From: a virus
DNA: 64,000 nt
IMG/VR virus record: IMGVR_UViG_3300042565_001021
Span: 91,046 to 155,045 of that record
Direction: 5' to 3' (one strand)
Shown here in pieces: positions 26,516 to 35,004 of the stretch; the stretch's first letter is position 1; each line of letters begins with the position of its first letter. A program made the position numbers and the translations under genes. A model generated the notes under the pieces. The model was not told where the DNA came from. It worked only from the letters and a program-made list of their open reading frames with translations, and did not search any database.

Positions 26516-26810
26516 TTTGTTGCTCCGTTGTGTTATTCAATAAAGCTATTATACAGCCTTTTACCAAAAAGTCAACCAAAACTTGCGCAGTGTCAGAAGT
26601 GAATTCTCTTTAAAATCAACAACTTGTAAGTCATTGATTCTACACAGGGTAGCGAGTGCGGCGGAATAGGCGACGTAAGTCATTGATTTATATAGGCCAG
26701 ATTTTTGTAAGTCATTGATTTATAAAGGCCATTTATCTCACGTTTTGGTTGACTTTTTGGCAAAAGAGCGTATAATAGCTTTATTGAATAACGCAACGGA
26801 GTAAAAGCAA
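26516..26810. promoter_or_regulatory. Divergent early promoter pair with three direct 14-mer repeats
   Basis: Minus-strand -35 at 26570-26575, plus-strand -35 at 26749; GTAAGTCATTGATT at 26626, 26675 and 26707. Confidence 0.8.
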
Positions 26811-27125
26811 ATGGCAAGAGCACGTAAAGCCCGCAGCGACAGAAACCACATGCTGTATGTCTTGACTAACGTGGTTACTGGCGAGCAGTATGTGGGCCTC
26901 ACAGTAGGCGACACGCAAAAGGCGCTTAAGGTTCGCGTTCAAAAACACATCCGCCGCGCACTGACAGAAGGCCGTAACTGGACACTGTGCAAAGCGATCC
27001 GCGAACACGGTGCTAAAAACTTTGAAATGGGCATCCTGCAAGTCGTGCGTGGTAAATTACTAGCGCATCGTACAGAGCTCGAGATGATCCGCGTTAACAA
27101 CCCTGCGCTGAACACCGCCAAGTAA
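26811..27125 (+). CDS. Stand-alone GIY-YIG domain protein (early)
   Basis: YVLTNVVTGEQYVG...R.QKH...E...I...PALN; no NUMOD tail. Confidence 0.7.
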   Translation: MARARKARSDRNHMLYVLTNVVTGEQYVGLTVGDTQKALKVRVQKHIRRALTEGRNWTLCKAIREHGAKNFEMGILQVVRGKLLAHRTELEMIRVNNPALNTAK

Positions 27126-27136
27126 GGAGCAGCAAA

Positions 27137-27331
27137 ATGACAGACGTTACCAAAATCGACTACCGCAGCTTGAGAATGCTGGGTACGGCACACCTGCGCA
27201 GCAACCTCGAAAACCTCGAAGCTGTGCTGGCCGAGGGCGAAAAGGTTGACATGCAACTGGTACGCGAAACGCGCCTCGAGCTGCAACGGCGCAGAGACTA
27301 CCCGCAGTTCAGAGCCCCGACACGTTTTTAA
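27137..27331 (+). CDS. Hypothetical early protein
   Basis: AGGAG RBS. Confidence 0.65.
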   Translation: MTDVTKIDYRSLRMLGTAHLRSNLENLEAVLAEGEKVDMQLVRETRLELQRRRDYPQFRAPTRF

Positions 27332-27341
27332 GGAGTTATCA

Positions 27342-27605
27342 ATGAATACTGCTATACGAGAGCTGGTTGTCAAGGCATTGCAAGAAGTTCCGTACGAAAA
27401 AATTCAACCGCCGCTTTCATCCTCGGTTGAATACGACGAAATTTACATACCGCTCGTATTCGCAGAAAAGTTCGCTGAGCTTATTGCCAGAGAATGTTTA
27501 GCTGTATGCGACAGCGTTGAAGCTGACGAAGAACTGCCCGGGTTGGGCAACGGTGCATTAGTTTGTGGCATCGAAATTCGAGCAAAGTTTGGGATTAAAG
27601 AATGA
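27342..27605 (+). CDS. Hypothetical phage protein
   Basis: AGGAG RBS, start MNTAIRE; EKFAELIAREC...I..KFG pattern. Confidence 0.7.
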   Translation: MNTAIRELVVKALQEVPYEKIQPPLSSSVEYDEIYIPLVFAEKFAELIARECLAVCDSVEADEELPGLGNGALVCGIEIRAKFGIKE

Positions 27606-27786
27606 ACGACACCAACAAGCCTCAAAAGGCAGAGAACGGCAAAAAGGTCGCAGTCCAAAAGTATGCGACTGATACCTGTAACCATTCGTTCAAGCTTGTT
27701 TATACAGCTCCGCACGGACGCTGGTCCGCTTACAAGTGCGAAGTGTGCGGTTTGCAAAAAATATTCGATACAGTGAGTTAAGAAAA

Positions 27787-27954
27787 ATGACCACGTTGCG
27801 TGAAATCATCGAAGGGTTTGAATACGACTTGTCGGAATATGAAAGCCCGGGTGGTTACCAGGACGCGGAATACTATGTGCGTTGCCGGGCAAAGGCAGAC
27901 CTGCTCGAAGACGTTATCCGCACGTTGAAGGATTTCGAAAAGGAACAGAAATGA
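27787..27954 (+). CDS. Hypothetical protein
   Basis: Likely start MTTLRE. Confidence 0.55.
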   Translation: MTTLREIIEGFEYDLSEYESPGGYQDAEYYVRCRAKADLLEDVIRTLKDFEKEQK

Positions 27955-28310
27955 CAGTTCAAGACACAACCAGCCCGGCATATATGTATGCTCGGCGCAA
28001 AGAAAAGGAAGCAAAAATGACAACCAAGAGATACACAAACGACGCAAGCCACAGCCGGTTCTACGTGTTTCGGCACAAGACGGTCGACGGGGTGCAAACG
28101 ATGGAACACGCTCACAACGACGGCGATCCCGAACATGACTTTGTTTGGAAGAACGGCTTCTTCACCGCAGAATTGTTTGACGAAGTTACTGCTGATCAAG
28201 TTGCTTTCAATGCTGCCCGCGTTGGCCGGGAATTGAAGGACGGCTTCACTTACTGTATAGGTAAGGTGTTCGTTGAAGTAGACGGGCATTTCCAGATCCA
28301 GGTGTTCTAA
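27951..28310 (+). CDS. Hypothetical protein
   Basis: Start at ATGA overlap (or 28018). Confidence 0.55.
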   Translation: MTVQDTTSPAYMYARRKEKEAKMTTKRYTNDASHSRFYVFRHKTVDGVQTMEHAHNDGDPEHDFVWKNGFFTAELFDEVTADQVAFNAARVGRELKDGFTYCIGKVFVEVDGHFQIQVF

Positions 28311-28472
28311 CATGAATATCTGGATCGTAGTAGCCGGCGTATGCATATTTATCATCTCTGTCTTTATCTTTGGCTTCATTGTTGGGCGCGAGTACGAAAA
28401 AGATAAGCAGCCACCAGTAGCAAGCAAAAACGACAGAGATGACTTTAGTCAGTTTCCACCGAGGAGAAACCA

Positions 28473-28889
28473 TTGAAAAAGCCAATCGGCGGATGCCGTA
28501 CTGATGGACACAGCGGCTTGTGGTCAAACGTGGCTGCTAACGTAACTATTACACGACTCGAAATACCGTACCTAGACGGAGAGTCGCTGTTAGATTCCCG
28601 TTTTGGCGAGCTGCGGGTGTATTTTGACGAGTCCTGGGATACGCACAACGACGGCCTGATCTACACTGACAAAACCTGGATAGCTGACTTCCGTGCTCTG
28701 CTCGTTAAGAAAGGCTTCTCAGCACGGGCCGCAGAGGCAATCGAATACAGCGAAGCAGGAATGCAAGGAGACGAATACGTTAGCTTAGACATTGGTGATC
28801 CGTTCATTATCGAATGCGATACATTTATCAACTTTACTAACGGCAACAAACCCAAAGGTGTTACTGTTGAGGTAACGGCGTTCGACTAA
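28473..28889 (+). CDS. Hypothetical phage protein
   Basis: GELRVYFD..W....GLIYTD...YSEAGMQG. Confidence 0.7.
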   Translation: MKKPIGGCRTDGHSGLWSNVAANVTITRLEIPYLDGESLLDSRFGELRVYFDESWDTHNDGLIYTDKTWIADFRALLVKKGFSARAAEAIEYSEAGMQGDEYVSLDIGDPFIIECDTFINFTNGNKPKGVTVEVTAFD

Positions 28890-28910
28890 GCATCCAGAGA
28901 TAAATAATGA

Positions 28911-29684
28911 ATGCGAGCAAACGAATTCATCATTGAAGGTCCTGTAGCACCAGTTTCCCAGGACAAAGAACAAATATTTAAACAGGTCTGGAATCACGAA
29001 TTTGAAGAGCCAGGCAACCTGTGGGACGATCACGGCTACGATCGCCCTGAGGATATAGAAAACCCATTTACGATAGACAATAAGCTTAGGCACGTCGGTA
29101 CTGGTGCCGAAGCGGCAGTAGTTCGCTACGACGACGCAAACTCAGTATTTAAAATCATTGGTACTTATCAACAGCTTGGGCAAAATGCTCATCTCCAGTA
29201 CCTGTTAGCAACTAAAAAGTATGCTGGGTCAAATCCTTACCTCCCAAGAATCCTAAGCTTTAACGAAGTCCCGCAGATTTCAGGTAAGAACAAAAGCGTA
29301 AAAGGGTATGCTGTCAGGATGGAACGTTTATTTCCTTTTGACACCTCTTACAAAGGTGCGGCTACTCCAGAAATGGAGATTATGCTACAGAAAATATTCG
29401 GACCCGACTTTGTATCATACATGGAAAACACTAACCATTTTACCCGATACATCAAATACGCCATTAACGGAAAATTAGCTTACTTAGTAATTGATCCGCA
29501 GTTCAAACAAGCAGCAGAACTTATTATCGCAGTAGCAAAGCAGATGGATTCGCAATACGATGTTGATACTCTAATAGACTTACACATCGGAAACATAATG
29601 ATTCGCCCGACTAAGTTTGGACCACAGCTTGTATTGTCTGATCCGTTATATAACGGCGGCGAACACCTAAGAACATCATCATGA
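28911..29684 (+). CDS. Protein-kinase-like enzyme with MRANEFIIE N-terminus
   Basis: GTGAEAAV, VFKI, MERL, DLHIGNIM, LSDP; ATAAATA at 28900. Confidence 0.7.
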   Translation: MRANEFIIEGPVAPVSQDKEQIFKQVWNHEFEEPGNLWDDHGYDRPEDIENPFTIDNKLRHVGTGAEAAVVRYDDANSVFKIIGTYQQLGQNAHLQYLLATKKYAGSNPYLPRILSFNEVPQISGKNKSVKGYAVRMERLFPFDTSYKGAATPEMEIMLQKIFGPDFVSYMENTNHFTRYIKYAINGKLAYLVIDPQFKQAAELIIAVAKQMDSQYDVDTLIDLHIGNIMIRPTKFGPQLVLSDPLYNGGEHLRTSS

Positions 29685-30862
29685 ATCTAAATCAAATCAG
29701 ACCACAATTTGTTATCGTGATAGGAGGCGCGGGATCAGGCAAAAATTACTTTATTTCAAATGATCCTACCTACTCAAAGTTTTTACTCGTTGATGTAGAT
29801 GCTATAAAAGGCGAGCTCGGTGTTGGCCCAGCTATTTCCGCAATTAAGCCAATGCTCGAAAAAGCCTTTGCCGAAAAGAAGAACGTAGCTCACCCAACAA
29901 CTGGCACGAACCTAAAGGCACAGCAGAACAAGTTAGCTCTCGCACAAAGGAACGGATACTCAACGACCATAGTATTAGTTGATACTCCAATTGACCAAGC
30001 AATAGCGCAAGTGCGGAAACGCTACAGAGAAGGCGGACACGACGTCGCGCTTGACAAGATTGTTAGTTCAAACAAGTTAGCCCGAGAGAACTTCGAAGCT
30101 CTTAAAGGGTTAGCTGATAACGCAATTGTAACAGGTAACGAGACTAACGAAGCTGCTCTTCCGTATGCTGACCCGGCAGAGCAGGCCAAATACCAACGGG
30201 TGTGGCATGCCGACCGAATTTCGGACCCAGCTGATTTTTCATCCTCTTACTACAATAAATCTAATCCGTTTCTGACTCCGGCGCACAGAAAGATTCACGA
30301 CGACGGATACGAGCTACTAGGGTCGGGGGTAGAAGCAGTAGTTGTTCGCAAACCAGGTGACAACTCGGTTGTTAAGATATTCGGAACGGAGAAAGCAATT
30401 AGAGACTGCGCAGCTATGCAATACCTTTTACTGAGCCGAAAATACTCTAACGTTAATCCTTACTTCCCTAAGATAACTTCAGTTCAACAAGTCAAAGCAC
30501 CTGCAGCAGGTAACATAATGTTCGCTATTCATATGGAACATCTGACAGAGTCAATGAGTGCAAACGGGTTTGATATAGAGGTAATTTTTAAAACAATCTT
30601 TACAGACCAATACTTAGAGCGATTTACAGGCGTTGCTTCTAAGGGTATCGCAACTCAATTAGCGTATGCTGTTAGTTCAGCTGTAGACGGGACCATACAT
30701 CCTACTAAAATAAAAGACCGGAATTTCCTTAATGCTGCTGCGCTAATCAACAAAGTTTATAGAAAGAGTGACGCCGGAATCGACTTACACAGTGGTAACA
30801 TTATGATTCGTTACTCTGACGTTGGTCCGCAGTTGGTAATTACCGATCCAGTAATTGATTAG
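29681..30862 (+). CDS. P-loop kinase (AAA_33/zeta-like) fused to a protein-kinase-like domain
   Basis: GGAGSGKN...R..EGGHDV; GSGVEAVV, MEHL, DLHSGNIM, ITDP. Confidence 0.7.
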   Translation: MNLNQIRPQFVIVIGGAGSGKNYFISNDPTYSKFLLVDVDAIKGELGVGPAISAIKPMLEKAFAEKKNVAHPTTGTNLKAQQNKLALAQRNGYSTTIVLVDTPIDQAIAQVRKRYREGGHDVALDKIVSSNKLARENFEALKGLADNAIVTGNETNEAALPYADPAEQAKYQRVWHADRISDPADFSSSYYNKSNPFLTPAHRKIHDDGYELLGSGVEAVVVRKPGDNSVVKIFGTEKAIRDCAAMQYLLLSRKYSNVNPYFPKITSVQQVKAPAAGNIMFAIHMEHLTESMSANGFDIEVIFKTIFTDQYLERFTGVASKGIATQLAYAVSSAVDGTIHPTKIKDRNFLNAAALINKVYRKSDAGIDLHSGNIMIRYSDVGPQLVITDPVID

Positions 30863-31086
30863 TGAATGGTGTGTTCGTAGATTTGGTTTGGGTGTTCGAT
30901 ACCAAACACCTTACAAATCTCTTTTACGGATTCCGGAAGTTCCATACAATGTTCAGGCATAAAGACGGACTTTAAGTTTCCGTCTGCGTCAAGAATGAAC
31001 CCGTAGTCCTCAGAAGTAATCTCATCATCGTCTATTAGGTCTGCGTCGACTTCTTCAAACTCTACTGTTGCTGATTTGTTGGACAT
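30859..31086 (-). CDS. Small acidic protein
   Basis: Coupled ORF. Confidence 0.65.
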   Translation of the reverse strand: MSNKSATVEFEEVDADLIDDDEITSEDYGFILDADGNLKSVFMPEHCMELPESVKEICKVFGIEHPNQIYEHTIH

Positions 31087-31729
31087 TGACTACTCCTTCG
31101 ATAGTGATGAACCGCTTATAGTACTTTAGGACGTTCTCAAGAAGGTGCCTAACTACTATGTGATTTGCTCCGAACGCTTCTACGTAAGACTTGTATAAAG
31201 CGGTCTTTACTACATTCTTTCCGGATATCTTCTCCGGACATTCCTTTAAGAAAATCTCTGCTGCGATGCTGTATCCGTATGCTTCTATTTCGTCTGTGCT
31301 ACCTAAATACTCTTGATTCTCGCGCAAGGCTTTGTCTTCTTTAGCACTAACAAAAAAGGTAGGTCCAAGATCAAAGTCTCTTGCCCTGTACTGCTCTTGG
31401 TGTACTAGTTCGTGTCCGATACATTCAACTACGCAAAGAGAAATAGACGGCCAGTCAATATCTTGGAATCGAATAGTTTTTTGTTTAGGTGAATATGTTA
31501 CATAGATGCTAACTGATGGCAAACCTGCTTGATCCTCAAACGGATCATACAATCCGCCTATTACAATATCGTTCTTATCTACTTTGCTATCTCGTTTAGT
31601 AAACAAACGAATCTCGTCGGTGCCTACTACTTTGCGCATCTTTTTTGTTAACTCAGTGACAGCCATCCTGCTCGTCGTTAACGAACCTAATTCCAACATC
31701 TTAGCGTAGCTGTCACGAATTGGTATCAC
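31055..31729 (-). CDS. Putative zincin metallopeptidase
   Basis: HELVH...EYL...DEIEAY. Confidence 0.6.
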   Translation of the reverse strand: MIPIRDSYAKMLELGSLTTSRMAVTELTKKMRKVVGTDEIRLFTKRDSKVDKNDIVIGGLYDPFEDQAGLPSVSIYVTYSPKQKTIRFQDIDWPSISLCVVECIGHELVHQEQYRARDFDLGPTFFVSAKEDKALRENQEYLGSTDEIEAYGYSIAAEIFLKECPEKISGKNVVKTALYKSYVEAFGANHIVVRHLLENVLKYYKRFITIEGVVNVQQISNSRV

Positions 31730-31737
31730 ATAATTAC

Positions 31738-32373
31738 TTATCTCTTTCTGTAAAAGATGTGGTCGTCAATTTGCGTAACGAAATGAAGTTGCTTACCCCA
31801 GGACGGAGAGACGTACGATGCGTGATAATTAGTAGCACCTTCAGTGATATCTACTATCATTTCTTTCTTAGAAAGAAGTTCGGTTGCTGCTTTCACGCTT
31901 TGCGTCCAGGTAACGCTGTTCTTGTCAATACCTTTTCTGTTATCTTCGCAGAGCCACGAGAACTGGCACACAGTCGTCTTCAGACTGTTTACCCCTTCAT
32001 AAATAACACCACAGACGGTATTTGGGTAACCAGGTGCTTTCGCCCGGTTTAAGACTACTTGGCCTACTGCCAGTTTCCCGACATAGCTTTGATTACCTGC
32101 CTCGTAGTAAATGTTCTCAGACATACACTTCAAGTCATCTTTCGGAACTTCGATTACTTTCGGCTTGTTATCTGAAAACTGCTTTGTTACTGAGTCAATT
32201 TTGCTCTGTAACGATACTGATTCTAATAGTCGATTAAACGAGTAGCTAGTGCTTTGCGTAGTAGTCTCGATATAAGTTTTAATAGTGGCCTGCTTAGCCG
32301 ACATCGAGAAAAATACAACTAACCAAACGAGTATTGCAAACGACAACTTTCCTTGGAATATACTTCGTTCCAT
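31738..32373 (-). CDS. SleB-like cell wall hydrolase (Hydrolase_2)
   Basis: NIYYEAGNQ..GKLAVGQVVLNR...P.TVCGVI...CQFSW...GAT.YHA.YV.P.W...HIFY. Confidence 0.9.
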   Translation of the reverse strand: MERSIFQGKLSFAILVWLVVFFSMSAKQATIKTYIETTTQSTSYSFNRLLESVSLQSKIDSVTKQFSDNKPKVIEVPKDDLKCMSENIYYEAGNQSYVGKLAVGQVVLNRAKAPGYPNTVCGVIYEGVNSLKTTVCQFSWLCEDNRKGIDKNSVTWTQSVKAATELLSKKEMIVDITEGATNYHASYVSPSWGKQLHFVTQIDDHIFYRKR

Positions 32374-32492
32374 GTTGGGTCTCCTTTTTGCGCTTCGTTT
32401 CAGGTATTTTAACCTGTTTGTTATTTACTTCATACAATCATATATTATAGTAGCACATAACTACTAAATTACCTAGTATTTTGGCTAGGTAA

Positions 32493-33440
32493 CTACGACA
32501 ACAACGGTGGTAAATTCTCTCCGTTTGCACCTCCGTGGCTATAAGGCGGGCCACCTGTGTAGGTCCACATTGTTTTCGCCCCACCTCTTGGCGCAGTTTT
32601 GTAAGATACGTGTACCCAGCCTACTCCGGATGATCCTGACCGTTCGTAAATTACTTGCGTAAATGGCAATCCGGAATCTACTATCCATTTGAACATTTCG
32701 ATTGTTCCGTTTACGCTTCCTGCTACTTGTATATCGGCAGCAAGCCCAAGTCCGTGGTCGGTATTGCCTTTTCCTCCAGACACTGGTCGCCAGCCACTTG
32801 TGATCGAAAACTTATGTGCGGTGTATATCGGGTCTAATATCGCTGTGCACAACGATGCCCAATTACAACAAATCTGCTTGGCTGTTAAACCGCGTTGAGC
32901 TACTGGAATACCTTTACAGTCAGCTAGTTTAAAATACTTACTAACCGGTATCCTTGTTTCCTGAGCAGTAATAACATCTGGAAACTGTTCGCACCCTACA
33001 GGGTCAGGAACAGGAGCAACTGGTGCGCCTGCTTGCGGTTCGGTACTCATCGCCGGTGATGCTACTTCTTCAGCGGCCGAAGCTTTAACTTGCGCTTCTG
33101 GCGTGTTATCGTACACGGTGGCCCCTCCTACTAGGTAAACTCCTGGTTCTACTACTGCGAATACTGGAAATGGACTGTCTCCAACAAACACATTAGGTGA
33201 ACCAGTAGTTGGGTGACCACAAGTTGCTACGTCACCCAATCGACTAGTTGGAATGCCATTTGTTATGACCACCGGAGATCCAGTAGCCATAACTGGAGAT
33301 TGATGTTTTCCTTTTCCGTGCGGAGCAACTGGGTCTCCGATGCGAGCCTGCTGGGCTCCATTAGTGGTAACGTTCGACGATCCAACTAGGATTACACCAC
33401 CAGCAACATCTATTCCTCTACGCGCAGCTCCTCTTGACAT
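32493..33440 (-). CDS. PAAR-domain protein fused to a peptidase M15-like domain
   Basis: GS.NV..NG...ARIGD...H...GS..V..NG.P..RLGD..TCGH...GSPNVF; ITSGWR...H..G.AAD...WVHVS. Confidence 0.8.
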   Translation of the reverse strand: MSRGAARRGIDVAGGVILVGSSNVTTNGAQQARIGDPVAPHGKGKHQSPVMATGSPVVITNGIPTSRLGDVATCGHPTTGSPNVFVGDSPFPVFAVVEPGVYLVGGATVYDNTPEAQVKASAAEEVASPAMSTEPQAGAPVAPVPDPVGCEQFPDVITAQETRIPVSKYFKLADCKGIPVAQRGLTAKQICCNWASLCTAILDPIYTAHKFSITSGWRPVSGGKGNTDHGLGLAADIQVAGSVNGTIEMFKWIVDSGLPFTQVIYERSGSSGVGWVHVSYKTAPRGGAKTMWTYTGGPPYSHGGANGENLPPLLS

Positions 33441-33442
33441 GA

Positions 33443-34066
33443 TCAAGAGTAATCGTCGTAACTACTAACAGTCCCGCCGCTACTTACAATGTTTCCAATG
33501 TTACTATAATGTGAAGAGTCATATGGGAGAGGAGTAGGATCTGTCATTTCTGCCTCTACATCTGCTAGCTCTCCGGACTTTCGTAGTGCGTTTATCGTAG
33601 CAGCACGATCAAGAGCATAGATGTCACTGTTACTGCTTACTGTAACAATTCCATAATCTTCGTTTGACGCTCTGTCTCGTATATCTTGTATATCTTTGCT
33701 TATCACTATTTGAGTACCGTGGATCAATGCTACGTTACTATTAAGCGACACAAAATCACTGTGGATCAATGCTACGTTACTATTGAGTTGGGCGTCGGAT
33801 AGTTCTTTAATTTTAGCAGACACTGACGCCGCAGCATTTTGATACGAAATAGCATATTCAAACTCACTACTAATAGAAGAACTAACTTCGCCAACATTGC
33901 CAATGTTAGCAAGGTTCCCTGTTACGTTAGCTAAAAACTGAAATTCGGATGAAAACGTGTCCGGACCTATAACTGAGAAGGACGACGGGTTTCTGGCTAT
34001 AGTGAATGTGCCAAACTCTGAAGTTATCGTTGCTATGTTTCCAAACTCGATATTTACTAACGGCAT
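33443..34066 (-). CDS. Hypothetical virion protein with a 24-bp internal direct repeat
   Basis: GTGGATCAATGCTACGTTACTATT near 33719 and 33761 (NSNVALIH twice); GN/AN-rich. Confidence 0.6.
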   Translation of the reverse strand: MPLVNIEFGNIATITSEFGTFTIARNPSSFSVIGPDTFSSEFQFLANVTGNLANIGNVGEVSSSISSEFEYAISYQNAAASVSAKIKELSDAQLNSNVALIHSDFVSLNSNVALIHGTQIVISKDIQDIRDRASNEDYGIVTVSSNSDIYALDRAATINALRKSGELADVEAEMTDPTPLPYDSSHYSNIGNIVSSGGTVSSYDDYS

Positions 34067-34091
34067 TAATAGATTCCTCTAGACACTATAT

Positions 34092-34406
34092 TTATACGAT
34101 AATGCCTGGCTTACGAACCGTTTGAATACCAGTTGTCTTCTCACGGTAATGGTCAGCTAACTGATCAACTGTTTCGCCGTGGAGCATAACATGCTTCTTG
34201 TCAAGACGAATGTTTTTTCCTGCCTCAACTGAGAACAAGGCCGGCATTAAAACTATTCCGTTCTGTGACGGAACAATAGCTAACGGTGTAGTGATGGTAA
34301 AGCTATCCTCGTCGTCGCTAACCACCCTGGCTACAATCTCGTCTCCGTTTAAAATTTTAAATGAGACTATCTTCTCTGCTTCATACTTTTGTTTTTCTAC
34401 TAACAT
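34092..34406 (-). CDS. Hypothetical Sm/SH3-like protein
   Basis: IVSFKILNGDEIVARV...Y...TTGI. Confidence 0.65.
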   Translation of the reverse strand: MLVEKQKYEAEKIVSFKILNGDEIVARVVSDDEDSFTITTPLAIVPSQNGIVLMPALFSVEAGKNIRLDKKHVMLHGETVDQLADHYREKTTGIQTVRKPGIIV

Positions 34407-35002
34407 GGTTTTCCTTTATTTGGGTTATACCATAAGCCGGTATATGGCATTAAAAGTGAATCTTCATTCATTAAGTTCTGCGACGGATAATGATCATGTC
34501 TTTCTAGTATCCACATATATCTGTACAAGCTCGGGTCAGATTCATCTTCAGGGTACATATCGACCCGAGTGACTGCTGGGTCAATGATACGTTCTGTCTT
34601 AGTATCAAACACCATTGGTTTCATGCCTAAGGCGGGCAACGTCTTAGTCCATAATACTCGACCTGCCCAAGATTGTTCGTTGTCACTTTGAATTGATTTA
34701 ACGAATTTTTCCTTTACGTGCTTGTACAATTTTCCTGCCAGTTGCAATCCTTTATACGGGGAATAAGAAGCTACGTTCTTTGCCTGCCATACTTTACCGT
34801 TAATATGGGTAACAAAGGTCGCAATCGCAGCAATCTTCTTTTCGTCGTCAACTAAGATCAACGTTCTAACATTACCTTGTTCAGCATAGTACAAGATAAA
34901 CTGTTCAAAGGATCCACGAGGAGAAGAGACAGCAAGACGCTTTTCAGCTTCGCTGTACGGAAATTCTAGATCTCCTACCATCTCTATCTCGTCGATCTTC
35001 AT
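34400..35002 (-). CDS. GNAT-like protein with MKIDEIE N-terminus
   Basis: WQAKNV...YKG..LA.KLY...SD.EQS..G..LW. Confidence 0.5.
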   Translation of the reverse strand: MKIDEIEMVGDLEFPYSEAEKRLAVSSPRGSFEQFILYYAEQGNVRTLILVDDEKKIAAIATFVTHINGKVWQAKNVASYSPYKGLQLAGKLYKHVKEKFVKSIQSDNEQSWAGRVLWTKTLPALGMKPMVFDTKTERIIDPAVTRVDMYPEDESDPSLYRYMWILERHDHYPSQNLMNEDSLLMPYTGLWYNPNKGKPC

Positions 35003-35004
35003 TG

